Of a stretch of DNA of 64,000 nt, positions 44,006 through 53,022 are shown piece after piece (the first letter of the stretch is position 1; every line of letters begins with the position of its first letter). Source of the stretch: a virus; the IMG/VR virus record IMGVR_UViG_3300025834_000005; one strand, written 5' to 3'. A model generated the notes under the pieces. The model worked only from the letters and a program-made list of their open reading frames with translations, was not told the origin of the DNA and did not search any database. Both the position numbers and the translations under genes were made by a program.

Positions 44006-44928
44006 TGGGAGGCGGAAGTTGGTCAGATGATGCTTTCAGAAGCATTAGTTCATCGAAAAAGTATAAGTCAGCAACTGAGATTTTTTCAAGCAAAGAATCA
44101 GTTGATATGACTCCGAAGGTTCTCATTGACAAAAACAGAGAATCAAGGGATAGTGACGAGCATCCCGAATCTTTAGCGGTAATGGTCTTTCTTGACGTTA
44201 CTGGTAGCATGGGAATGGTTCCCGAAAATATCGTGAAAAACAATCTTGGTGGATTAATGAACACCATTATCGACAACGGTATTAAAGACCCACAAGTTCT
44301 ATTCGGAGCAATTGGCGATCATATCAGCGACAATTCACCGCTTCAATTAGGTCAATTTGAGTCCGATACAGTTTTAATTGATAGCTGGCTCACAAAAATG
44401 TACCTTGAAGGTAGAGGCGGAGGTGGTAATCATGAGAGTTACCTATTAGCTTGGCTTGCTGCTGGAAGGCACACATCAATCGATTGCTTTGAGAAAAGAA
44501 GCGTAAAAGGTTTCTTATTCACAATCGGTGACGAACGTAGTCACACTTCGATTGACACCGCTGGTTTGAAAAAGGTCATGGGTTATCCACAAGCTGACGA
44601 TGTTACAGACGAGCAGTTGCTTGCAGAAGCACAGCGTATGTATAACGTTTACCATATTCATGTGAATGAAACCAGTTACAAAGACGATACTCTCGTATTC
44701 AATTACTGGAAAAAGATGATCGGACAGAATTTTATCGTTCTTGAAGACTATACCACGATTTGCGAAACTATTGCAACCATCATTGCTATGCAGAATGGTA
44801 TTGACATGGAAAAAGTAACAAGTAAATTCGATGCAGCGACTTCAAAAAGTGTAACGAATGCTTTGATGGTATTGTCTAAATCAGGCGATTCTATTTCAAA
44901 GACCGATACAGGCGTTATTGAACTTTAA
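44005..44928 (+). CDS. von Willebrand factor A domain protein
   Basis: VFLDVTGSMG (MIDAS DxSxS-like). Confidence 0.7.
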   Translation: MGGGSWSDDAFRSISSSKKYKSATEIFSSKESVDMTPKVLIDKNRESRDSDEHPESLAVMVFLDVTGSMGMVPENIVKNNLGGLMNTIIDNGIKDPQVLFGAIGDHISDNSPLQLGQFESDTVLIDSWLTKMYLEGRGGGGNHESYLLAWLAAGRHTSIDCFEKRSVKGFLFTIGDERSHTSIDTAGLKKVMGYPQADDVTDEQLLAEAQRMYNVYHIHVNETSYKDDTLVFNYWKKMIGQNFIVLEDYTTICETIATIIAMQNGIDMEKVTSKFDAATSKSVTNALMVLSKSGDSISKTDTGVIEL

Positions 44929-44944
44929 TTAAAAGGTAATAAAT

Positions 44945-44980
44945 AAAAAGGCGATAATATTCATTTATTATCGCCTTTTT
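44945..44980 (+). terminator. perfect 14-bp hairpin + T-run abutting the promoter box 1
   Basis: AAAAAGGCGATAAT 44945-44958 pairs with ATTATCGCCTTTTT 44967-44980. Confidence 0.7.
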
Positions 44981-45010
44981 TGTAACCTTTTATATTTCTT
45001 TACGTATAAA
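44981..45010 (+). promoter_or_regulatory. phage promoter-like bipartite motif
   Basis: TGTAACC 44981; TACGTATAAA 45001; ATG 45027. Confidence 0.7.
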
Positions 45011-45026
45011 TAAGAAAACATTTCAC

Positions 45027-45524
45027 ATGGATAATATCTTTTGGGTTGACACCGATGGCTGCACTGATTTTCACATTAGCTACAACATTAATTATGGTAA
45101 CGAAATTCGTCTCGATGACGATGACGATAATAATATTGAGGCATACGTTGATGAAATGCTTTGCTTCGATTCACTCATTCAATTTGATAAAGAACAGAAT
45201 GAGATAAATCAAATTGAACTCAACTATGTTAAAGATCATATAAACTATTCCATAGATAATATGAATCTTGATGAATTGTATTGGCAACATGTAGGCTATG
45301 TTGAGGTTGTGGAAACCAGCAATGTTAATACTGGATATCCGAGTTATAAATTCTATCTCGAAAAAGACAACCCCAAATCATTAAGGTATATGCGTCAGGA
45401 TGATGACGGCGAATATCACAACATGGTATGGCAAACAGTGGGTTGCTGTGAGGATGATTATTCAGGATTTCTACTATTTCCATTAAATGATGGAAGATAC
45501 TGGAAAATATCCTATTCTTGTTAA
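45027..45524 (+). CDS. hypothetical acidic protein
   Basis: ORF track. Confidence 0.6.
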   Translation: MDNIFWVDTDGCTDFHISYNINYGNEIRLDDDDDNNIEAYVDEMLCFDSLIQFDKEQNEINQIELNYVKDHINYSIDNMNLDELYWQHVGYVEVVETSNVNTGYPSYKFYLEKDNPKSLRYMRQDDDGEYHNMVWQTVGCCEDDYSGFLLFPLNDGRYWKISYSC

Positions 45525-45545
45525 TTAACTGTAAAATAATATAAT

Positions 45546-46709
45546 ATGAGAACAAGTGTCGTACTCGGATTAGGATTCGGGGATGAAGGTAAGGGAAGTA
45601 TGGTAAACTTTCTATGTAAGGTACATAAAAATGAACGTCCATTGGTGGTTAGATTTAGTTCTGGACACCAAGTAGGTCATACCGTTGTCGAGGGTGATCT
45701 TAGACATGTTTTTTCAAATTTTGGGTCAGGGACTCTTAGTGATGTGCCAACATACTGGTCAGAGTATTGCACGATGAATCCATCAGCCATACGGTCAGAG
45801 GGCGAAGCATTAAAGAAGATGGGTGTATTTCCGACACTATATATTAACGATAATGCGATGGTTACAACACCATACGACATATTAAAGAATCGTATGTCAG
45901 AGACTAAGAATCGTCATGGCAGTGTTGGTGTTGGGTTTGGCTCGACTATTCAGCGTAATGAGGATCATTTCAAGCTATATGCCAGAGATTTGAAATTTCC
46001 TAAAATTCTTGATATTAAATTGAAACATATTGCCGAGATATATCATAAAAGCACTTTTGTCGAATATCCTGATGGTTATGTTGAGAAACTGATAAATAAT
46101 TTTAAGCTTGATTGCAAATATGTTGTAAATGAGCATATGTTTGTTTCTCGCATTAATGATGTTATATATGATAAGCAATTTGGACATTTAATATTCGAAG
46201 GAAACCAAGGTATCATGCTTGATCAGGATTATGGTTTCTTTCCAAATGTAACCAGATGCAATACAACGTCGAAAAATGCTTTTGAGATCATGAAAAAATA
46301 TGGTGTTCATACTGGCGAAACAAACGTTTACTATATGACACGTGCATATCAAACTCGTCATGGTAATGGTGAAATGATTAATGAGGGAATGGATGTGCAA
46401 TACATTGCTGAGAATCCTCTTGAAACCAACGTACAAGGCGAATTTCAAGGTAGTTTTAGGAAAGCACCTCTGGATTTACAGACAATTAAATATGCTTTAT
46501 CATGCGATAAAGTATATAATGACTATAGCATATCGAATCTTGTTATAACATGCATGGATCAAGTTCCTGAACGCATACCTATTATGAACGGCGATAAATT
46601 AGCTCACATGTATCCGTCACTAATAGGTTCTATTCTGAATATAAGACCCTTAAATATATTCATAAGTAAATCGGATAAAGGTGATTTTGAAAATGCAATG
46701 GATTTATGA
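45546..46709 (+). CDS. adenylosuccinate synthetase family protein (divergent PurA, or PurZ-like)
   Basis: GLGFGDEGKGSMV (P-loop), SSGHQVGHTV, GNQGIMLDQDYGFFPNVT, TRAYQTRHGNG. Confidence 0.8.
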   Translation: MRTSVVLGLGFGDEGKGSMVNFLCKVHKNERPLVVRFSSGHQVGHTVVEGDLRHVFSNFGSGTLSDVPTYWSEYCTMNPSAIRSEGEALKKMGVFPTLYINDNAMVTTPYDILKNRMSETKNRHGSVGVGFGSTIQRNEDHFKLYARDLKFPKILDIKLKHIAEIYHKSTFVEYPDGYVEKLINNFKLDCKYVVNEHMFVSRINDVIYDKQFGHLIFEGNQGIMLDQDYGFFPNVTRCNTTSKNAFEIMKKYGVHTGETNVYYMTRAYQTRHGNGEMINEGMDVQYIAENPLETNVQGEFQGSFRKAPLDLQTIKYALSCDKVYNDYSISNLVITCMDQVPERIPIMNGDKLAHMYPSLIGSILNIRPLNIFISKSDKGDFENAMDL

Positions 46710-47056
46710 TAGACGTAGCATATAAAATAGTTGAGAAGCAATCAGACGGCTCGTATAAATTTTTATTTCACGATAGGAAAAAATCTTTCCGTTCTGGCGA
46801 CATGCTGGTAGCCAATAAAAAATCAGGCTATGAGGATTACAACAAAGATGGCTCAAAAAAGTTATACCTGACAGGTATTCATGCGATTGAAACTCTTGAA
46901 TTGTGCCGAAAGTATCTAAAATATTTTAAAAGAAAGGATAATAAAGCCATAATTTTTTGCGATGTTTTTCATACACGTAAAAAGCCAAATTCACGTAAGG
47001 GTGTCATGCTTGCTGATACAATTATCGTTAGGTCGGAAGTATCCATCGATTTGTAA
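46706..47056 (+). CDS. hypothetical protein
   Basis: ORF track; ATGA overlap. Confidence 0.6.
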   Translation: MIDVAYKIVEKQSDGSYKFLFHDRKKSFRSGDMLVANKKSGYEDYNKDGSKKLYLTGIHAIETLELCRKYLKYFKRKDNKAIIFCDVFHTRKKPNSRKGVMLADTIIVRSEVSIDL

Positions 47057-47198
47057 TCACTGTAAATACTATTTTTTTTGACATTCATCAGAGTTATTTA
47101 TACATATATGTTAATATCTTTAATGTTTGTCAAAAAATAACATAGCTTAGGGAAGTTTTCAGGTATTTTCCGTATTTATAGTAAACGGAATTATTATC

Positions 47199-47471
47199 AT
47201 GGTAGACAGACTTAACAGAAATGTGCAAGTACCGATTTGGGCAATTGGTATAATTATGACAATTTTAATTGCACTGTTTTCATTTACATATAGTTTTAGT
47301 AAAGAATTCAGCAAGGTTGCAACACAAATTGAATTAAACACGGTGGATATTAGATATCTACAGCAAACAAAAACAGATAAAGAAACGATCTTTACCATTG
47401 TCAATACATTGGAACGTATTGAGACCAAGTTAGATAATCACATTGCCAGAGGCTCAGGTAACGGAAATTAA
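47199..47471 (+). CDS. membrane-anchored hypothetical protein
   Basis: TM WAIGIIMTILIALFSF; no TGTAACC motif upstream. Confidence 0.55.
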   Translation: MVDRLNRNVQVPIWAIGIIMTILIALFSFTYSFSKEFSKVATQIELNTVDIRYLQQTKTDKETIFTIVNTLERIETKLDNHIARGSGNGN

Positions 47472-47502
47472 TTAGAACACCCTTTCTCCCTTTCATAGTA
47501 TG

Positions 47503-47534
47503 GCTGGATATCTAAAAAATATCCAGCTTTTTTT
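47503..47534 (+). terminator. hairpin + T7 running into the promoter box 1
   Basis: GCTGGATAT 47503-47511 pairs with ATATCCAGC 47519-47527. Confidence 0.65.
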
Positions 47535-47563
47535 GTAACAAAAAATAATGTGTTACGTATAAT
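47534..47563 (+). promoter_or_regulatory. phage promoter-like bipartite motif
   Basis: TGTAACA 47534; TACGTATAAT 47554; ATG 47582. Confidence 0.65.
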
Positions 47564-47581
47564 AGATAAAAAATAAACACT

Positions 47582-47947
47582 ATGGGATATTTAACCACAA
47601 TTACAATTTATAATGACGGCTGCGATCAGATCACAAAATTTCCAAAAGAATTTGCAGAAAAAGTACATAATGCATGCTCTGGCGTGTATTCCAGACAAGA
47701 CTGGAATGAGGGTTCATTTGGCTTAGGGTATCATGCAAATCTTGTTACGGTTCAAGCACCGAGACATATGGATGATAGCACTATATATGTTCATATGGGT
47801 AATACTGTGTGCGAAATGAATGCATACTCTGAAAGAACACGAAATCAAATGTATTCATCACCTAAATTCTTCGATGAAATGCTTAAAGAAATGGAGAGAC
47901 AAGTAAAAATGCTAAAAAAACTAAAAATAGAACGTGATGCCGATTAA
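47582..47947 (+). CDS. hypothetical protein
   Basis: ORF track. Confidence 0.6.
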   Translation: MGYLTTITIYNDGCDQITKFPKEFAEKVHNACSGVYSRQDWNEGSFGLGYHANLVTVQAPRHMDDSTIYVHMGNTVCEMNAYSERTRNQMYSSPKFFDEMLKEMERQVKMLKKLKIERDAD

Positions 47948-48167
47948 AATCTATGATGATAAGAAAGAAAAGTGGCAATCATTCGAAGCTACTATCGATA
48001 TTGTTAGAGAAGATATACCCACAGCTGGGTACGGTTCTGATATTAATGAGGCAATCCAAAGTCTTAAAGCCGAAGTGCTTATAGAAATACTCAGACTAAA
48101 GAGGCAAATAGAGGCACTCGAATCTATTGATTATAATGATTTTAGAATCGTAAATACACGAAATTAA
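47934..48167 (+). CDS. hypothetical protein
   Basis: ORF track. Confidence 0.55.
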   Translation: MMPIKIYDDKKEKWQSFEATIDIVREDIPTAGYGSDINEAIQSLKAEVLIEILRLKRQIEALESIDYNDFRIVNTRN

Positions 48168-48168
48168 A

Positions 48169-48381
48169 ATGGCAGATAAATTAATGTGTCCTGTTGTGAC
48201 AATCAGAGCATGTAAAGTAGGTGGTGTTTATAGTGAAGAGTATCCAGACGGATGTGACAATTGTGAAATGCTTAACTGGTGGTCGGCTTTCAAATCTGAA
48301 ATCGAGTGTAATGCAGCATACTTCGCTCAAAATTCTGATGACTTAGAAATAAAGGCTGAATTCATAAAAAAATACTCATAA
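48169..48381 (+). CDS. small Cys-containing protein
   Basis: ORF track. Confidence 0.55.
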   Translation: MADKLMCPVVTIRACKVGGVYSEEYPDGCDNCEMLNWWSAFKSEIECNAAYFAQNSDDLEIKAEFIKKYS

Positions 48382-48451
48382 TGACAAAGACAAAAAAGAA
48401 AAAATACGAATTTGATCAATTTGCATGTAGCACTCATTTTATTTAAAAACC

Positions 48452-48766
48452 ATGACAGAAAAGGATATAATCAATGCGTACTGTAGGATCAGGGAGATTG
48501 ATCAGACAATACCAGACGAAGTATTAGACTTCATGAAAGAAGCGGCTATCGAAAAGCTTGTTAAAGCTAACCAAGATGATGCAAACTGGATTCCATATGA
48601 TTTTTTTATAAAAGAATCACGACCAAAAGTTTCTGGCAAATATTTCATCTGCCGCAAAGATGGTAAAACACATTGGGAAACATGGAACGGTAATGGATGG
48701 GCTTATAATGAGTCAGTCATTAAATATTGGAAAGATATAAAAGCACCTGCAAAATTAAAGCAATAA
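48452..48766 (+). CDS. hypothetical protein
   Basis: ORF track. Confidence 0.6.
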   Translation: MTEKDIINAYCRIREIDQTIPDEVLDFMKEAAIEKLVKANQDDANWIPYDFFIKESRPKVSGKYFICRKDGKTHWETWNGNGWAYNESVIKYWKDIKAPAKLKQ

Positions 48767-48779
48767 AGTCATTTTATTT

Positions 48780-48809
48780 TGTAACCTTTTAATCTTCTTT
48801 ACGTATAAT
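48780..48809 (+). promoter_or_regulatory. phage promoter-like bipartite motif
   Basis: TGTAACC 48780; TACGTATAAT 48800; ATG 48834. Confidence 0.7.
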
Positions 48810-48833
48810 TAAGAAACAATTAAAAATTACAAG

Positions 48834-50159
48834 ATGTTTGATTTAAAAGGAAAGCACACAGATGCTATTTTATATTTAGATAATTATGAGGACGGTTTAT
48901 TCGAGCAAATCTACCCAATCATTAACTCATATGTATCCAAAGGCTTAAAGGTTCGTATTATGCCAGATGCCCATATTGGTAAAGGTATCTGTATCGGTTT
49001 CACTATGGAATTGGGTCAGTATTTGAATCCGAACTGGTGTGGCGTTGATATTGGCTGCGGAATGCTGTCAGGCAGATTTAAAGCAAATGGCGTATTAGAC
49101 TTAGCCATGATCGATGAAAAGATCAAGAAATTAGTTCCTATGGGATTTAATGTTCATGAGGGTGCTAAGTCGAAAAAGATTCCATATGCCGAAGTACAGG
49201 AATTAGCGAACAAATTTGCTGAAAAGTATAATGAAAAGTTTGGTACTTCTTATGTTGCGCCTTCTTACAATGAGAAATGGCTGAAAACTAAGCTAAAGAC
49301 TATTGGTATGGATGCTGAGAAGTTATTCAAGTCAATCGGAACTTTAGGTGGTGGTAATCACTTCATTGAACTTGGGTATGACGAAGAGTCAAAGGATAAC
49401 TGGATTACAGTTCACTGTGGTTCAAGAAACTTAGGTGTTAAGGTATGTGAGTACTGGCTGAACCAAGCTAAAACACAGTCAAATGATACCTCACCTGAAT
49501 ATCTTGCGGAATTCGATGCTTTGGTTAAGAATACTGTGGATAGATCAACAATACCTCAGTTGATGAAGGAATTAAGAGAGAAATATAAAAAGGGTATTGA
49601 TCGTGATTACCTTTCAGATGAATTGTCCGTAGGATATTTGTTTGATATGATCTTTGCTCAAAAATATGCTGAATGGAATCGTCAGACTATACTTGATATA
49701 ATCCAAAAGATTTTGAAAGTGAAGGCTTTTGACGAAGTTATTTCATCAGTGCATAACTATGTCGACTTTCATGACTTCATCATCAGAAAAGGCTCTATTT
49801 CATCATATGTGGGTCAAAAAATGATTATTCCTTTTAATCAAAAGGATGGTATGCTTATCTGCGAAGGTAAATCAAATCCTGACTGGAATAACTCTGCGCC
49901 ACACGGAGCAGGTAGACTCTATTCAAGATCGAAAGCTAAGGAATTGATCACTCTTGAAATGGTTGAAGAATCAATGAAAGGAATCTATTCAACATCAGTA
50001 TGTAATTCGACTATTGATGAATCGGTTTTTGCCTACAAAGATTCTAAAATGATCGAAGAAGCGATTCAAGATACCGCAACAATTCTTCATAGGGTAAAAC
50101 CTATTTTGAATATTAAGGATTCAACAGCCGCTCCAAGACGTTCGAAGAAAAATCAGTAA
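48834..50159 (+). CDS. rtcB: RtcB RNA 3'-phosphate/5'-OH ligase
   Basis: CGVDIGCGM, TLGGGNHFIELG, HCGSRNLG, NSAPHGAGR. Confidence 0.9.
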   Translation: MFDLKGKHTDAILYLDNYEDGLFEQIYPIINSYVSKGLKVRIMPDAHIGKGICIGFTMELGQYLNPNWCGVDIGCGMLSGRFKANGVLDLAMIDEKIKKLVPMGFNVHEGAKSKKIPYAEVQELANKFAEKYNEKFGTSYVAPSYNEKWLKTKLKTIGMDAEKLFKSIGTLGGGNHFIELGYDEESKDNWITVHCGSRNLGVKVCEYWLNQAKTQSNDTSPEYLAEFDALVKNTVDRSTIPQLMKELREKYKKGIDRDYLSDELSVGYLFDMIFAQKYAEWNRQTILDIIQKILKVKAFDEVISSVHNYVDFHDFIIRKGSISSYVGQKMIIPFNQKDGMLICEGKSNPDWNNSAPHGAGRLYSRSKAKELITLEMVEESMKGIYSTSVCNSTIDESVFAYKDSKMIEEAIQDTATILHRVKPILNIKDSTAAPRRSKKNQ

Positions 50160-50163
50160 AAAT

Positions 50164-50197
50164 AAAGCCACGTAATTGTAACCTTTTACGTGGCTTT
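50164..50197 (+). terminator. 12-bp hairpin whose loop is the promoter box 1
   Basis: AAAGCCACGTAA 50164-50175 pairs with TTACGTGGCTTT 50186-50197; loop TTGTAACCTT. Confidence 0.55.
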
Positions 50198-50206
50198 ACG
50201 TATAAC
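50177..50206 (+). promoter_or_regulatory. phage promoter-like bipartite motif
   Basis: TGTAACC 50177; TACGTATAAC 50197; ATG 50223. Confidence 0.65.
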
Positions 50207-50222
50207 TAAGAAAATTAAATAA

Positions 50223-50690
50223 ATGGAGAACGCATTGAATAATCAGAAATTAAGCATTTTTAGCGAAATAAGCGATTTCACAAAAGATATGGCGATTTTA
50301 ACAGGCTCACTCGCATTAATAATGCATAATCAGCTTATAGAAAGAGACGCAGGTGATCTTGACATTATTCTTCCGTATTATATTGACTTATCATCATTTG
50401 GTAAGATTGAAAGATTTAACAATCCATATAGTACGGTTTGTTTTGGTCTTAGATACAGAGGATGTGAAATTCATGCAATTATAGACCCTGAATGTCATTA
50501 CACCTCAATGTCACACAACGAAAGAACGTTTAAACTCTCAAATATTCATGATATATGGATTGAGAAATTCAAATCATTTATGTTCTTTAATACGCAAAAG
50601 AATTGTAAAGACTTGAACGAATTGATTCAAAGGAATCTTGTAACAAGGGCTGATAATTCAATAGACTTTAATGACTTAATAAAATCATGA
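50223..50690 (+). CDS. possible Pol-beta-superfamily nucleotidyltransferase
   Basis: LTGSLALIMHNQLIERDAGDLDII fits the G[GS]-x(n)-D-x-D pattern; assigned from the motif only. Confidence 0.45.
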   Translation: MENALNNQKLSIFSEISDFTKDMAILTGSLALIMHNQLIERDAGDLDIILPYYIDLSSFGKIERFNNPYSTVCFGLRYRGCEIHAIIDPECHYTSMSHNERTFKLSNIHDIWIEKFKSFMFFNTQKNCKDLNELIQRNLVTRADNSIDFNDLIKS

Positions 50691-51136
50691 GAACGCCTAT
50701 TATTAATGAGAGGATTAAGCCTGAAACAGCTATAATCGCTAAAGACCTTGGGTTTGACGAATATTGTGATCAGTGGTATGAAATAGCTAAGAAAGATATC
50801 ATTGAGTATGATTCAACAAAAATTCAATTTGAAAAGGGCGAAGTTATAGATGCTGCTATGCGCAATTATAATAGTCAGAATACCGATAATAATAACTGGC
50901 GTATATGTTCAGCACCAAATCAAAGTTTATTACAACGATGGTTGAGAGAGAAATATAATTTACACGTTCGAGTTGATATTTCTTTAAATGTATTCGAAGA
51001 AAACTGGTATTTCGAGGTGCAAAAAATACCAGTCGGTGTAACATATATGGTATCTGAATCTACGCCGTTTTTCAATTCATATGAAGAAGCAATGGAAGCA
51101 GGTTTATTAACAGCATTAAAACAAATTAAATTATGA
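50687..51136 (+). CDS. hypothetical protein
   Basis: ORF track; ATGA overlap. Confidence 0.6.
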   Translation: MRTPIINERIKPETAIIAKDLGFDEYCDQWYEIAKKDIIEYDSTKIQFEKGEVIDAAMRNYNSQNTDNNNWRICSAPNQSLLQRWLREKYNLHVRVDISLNVFEENWYFEVQKIPVGVTYMVSESTPFFNSYEEAMEAGLLTALKQIKL

Positions 51137-51378
51137 AATACATCATCTACGAACTTACCCAGCCAAACATTTTACAAAAAATGGTTCCAGATGGCTATTA
51201 TGTTAAAGAATTGGTGCGCAATGTACTTGAAGAACTCGATGAACCGATGATTTCGTCGAATCACGATACATACGATCTTGCGATGCGAGAAATCATCGAG
51301 AATAAGGATAAATTAAAATACAAAAATCTTACCATACTGCCGATCATATCAATCAAATGGAATGGGGATATATATTAA
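51133..51378 (+). CDS. hypothetical protein
   Basis: ORF track; ATGA overlap. Confidence 0.55.
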   Translation: MKYIIYELTQPNILQKMVPDGYYVKELVRNVLEELDEPMISSNHDTYDLAMREIIENKDKLKYKNLTILPIISIKWNGDIY

Positions 51379-51382
51379 GAAC

Positions 51383-51754
51383 ATGAGAGTAGAATATATT
51401 ATAATCATCATTATCTTCATACATTGGGTTGGGGATTTCCTTTGTCAGACTTTCGAAATGGCTACGAAGAAAAGTACAAGCAATTTTCATCTTTTTACAC
51501 ATGTTTGCATATATTCGCTTGTGTGGCTGTTCGCAGGTATATTCTTTTTTAGACTTGAGCAAGTAATGGTATTTGTCTGCATCACATTTCAAACGCATTT
51601 CATGGTGGATTATATTACAAGTAGATGGACTTCGAAGCTTCATAAGAAAGAAAAATTTTATGGCTTTCCAGCATTTTTTAGCGTAATTGGCTTAGATCAG
51701 TTTATACATTACGCACAATTAATATTGACTTATATGCTAATAAACACATTTTAA
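51383..51754 (+). CDS. DUF3307-like membrane protein
   Basis: IHWVGDFLCQT motif; several TM segments; start trimmed to ATG 51383. Confidence 0.55.
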   Translation: MRVEYIIIIIIFIHWVGDFLCQTFEMATKKSTSNFHLFTHVCIYSLVWLFAGIFFFRLEQVMVFVCITFQTHFMVDYITSRWTSKLHKKEKFYGFPAFFSVIGLDQFIHYAQLILTYMLINTF

Positions 51755-51755
51755 T

Positions 51756-51785
51756 TGTAACCTTATATAATTATTTACGTATAAC
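51756..51785 (+). promoter_or_regulatory. phage promoter-like bipartite motif
   Basis: TGTAACC 51756; TACGTATAAC 51776; ATG 51795. Confidence 0.7.
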
Positions 51786-51794
51786 TAAGAAAAT

Positions 51795-52124
51795 ATGAGT
51801 ATGATGAGAATAAATAATATGAGTTATAGTGGCAACAACATAGTTATTTCCAAAGGAAAGGTTATAATTGATGGCGTTGACGTAACACCTGATTCAAAAA
51901 AAATCAACATTGTTGTTGACGGTAACATCGATAAATTGAATGTGGATACTTGCGATACACTACAAATAACTGGTGATGTGGACACAGTGTCTACTATGTC
52001 TGGCGACGTTGATATAACTGGTAATGTTACTGGCAGTGTTAAAACTATGTCTGGCGATGTTAAATGCGAAAATATCGGCGGTGGCGTATCTACTATGTCT
52101 GGCGATATCAAATACAGAAAATAA
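51795..52124 (+). CDS. repeat protein (TMSGDV/I x3, beta-helix-like)
   Basis: ACTATGTCTGGCGA recurs at 51993, 52044 and 52092 (17- and 16-codon spacing). Confidence 0.6.
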   Translation: MSMMRINNMSYSGNNIVISKGKVIIDGVDVTPDSKKINIVVDGNIDKLNVDTCDTLQITGDVDTVSTMSGDVDITGNVTGSVKTMSGDVKCENIGGGVSTMSGDIKYRK

Positions 52125-52813
52125 TGAAATTTTTAATTCAAATAGATAAAGGCAGAGTAATACATGATTTTGCCTTCACATTGCTTGAGAGTATTGAGTA
52201 TCTAAACTGGATTTCAGACGAAAAAATAGTGACGTACAGGCTCACTGAAAACTCAATGCCAGCTGGTTTTGTGCCGATAGGTACTGTTGAGTTTGTTAGC
52301 GACTACATTGAGAAATATTCAGGTAGTAGACCTAAGCCTATAAATATACCAGCTGAATTAATGTCACATGAATTTACCCATAGGCATGTGAAGAACGGTA
52401 CTGAACTGGACATTGTTCAGAAGTCATTTGTAAAATCGAGTGACCACATCAAGTCATTCGCAGAGATTTGCGATCATGCACCAATGGGTAACTACCAAAT
52501 ATCTGATATTATCGAGATTGAGAGCGAATGGAGAGCATTTGTATACAATGGTAAGTTAGTTGGGCTTCAAAATTATTCTGGAAGTTTTACCGAGTTTCCC
52601 AACGTGTACTCAATTCAATGTATGATTAATGCTTATAAGTCAGCACCCATAGCATACACATTAGATGTTGCAATTACAAAAGGCGGATGGACTTCGGTAA
52701 TTGAGGTTCATGACTTTTTTAGCTGTGGATTATACGGATTTGCTGATCACAAAATACTACCATTCATGTTTTCAAGATGGTATGGCGAATATATACGTAA
52801 TTTAGCTTACTAA
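52124..52813 (+). CDS. ATP-grasp domain protein
   Basis: Track ORF trimmed to ATG 52124 (TAATG overlap); ...EWRAFVYNGKLVGLQNY...VIEVHDFFSCGLYG. Confidence 0.55.
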   Translation: MKFLIQIDKGRVIHDFAFTLLESIEYLNWISDEKIVTYRLTENSMPAGFVPIGTVEFVSDYIEKYSGSRPKPINIPAELMSHEFTHRHVKNGTELDIVQKSFVKSSDHIKSFAEICDHAPMGNYQISDIIEIESEWRAFVYNGKLVGLQNYSGSFTEFPNVYSIQCMINAYKSAPIAYTLDVAITKGGWTSVIEVHDFFSCGLYGFADHKILPFMFSRWYGEYIRNLAY

Positions 52814-53013
52814 TGGCGGAAATAAGAAATACAGGCGCAAAATTCAAAATATACGACGTCACAGAAATACAAAAAGTTTATGCTCAACATGCTTATCATT
52901 GCGGAACAGTTTTATATTCTACTGATGGGGGCTATGTCTGGCAATCAGTTGGGATGGACTCTGGAAAATGGGATTATCATAATTGGCTATTCGCATTCAT
53001 TAGTTTTAAATAA
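52813..53013 (+). CDS. hypothetical protein
   Basis: ORF track. Confidence 0.55.
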   Translation: MAEIRNTGAKFKIYDVTEIQKVYAQHAYHCGTVLYSTDGGYVWQSVGMDSGKWDYHNWLFAFISFK

Positions 53014-53022
53014 AAATACAAT

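Noticed and set aside
45546-46709. Asserting a Z-genome (2-aminoadenine) from the PurA homolog
   Set aside because: No adjacent MazZ/DatZ/DpoZ-like genes are present, and I cannot evaluate the discriminating residues by eye. I kept it as an open question only.
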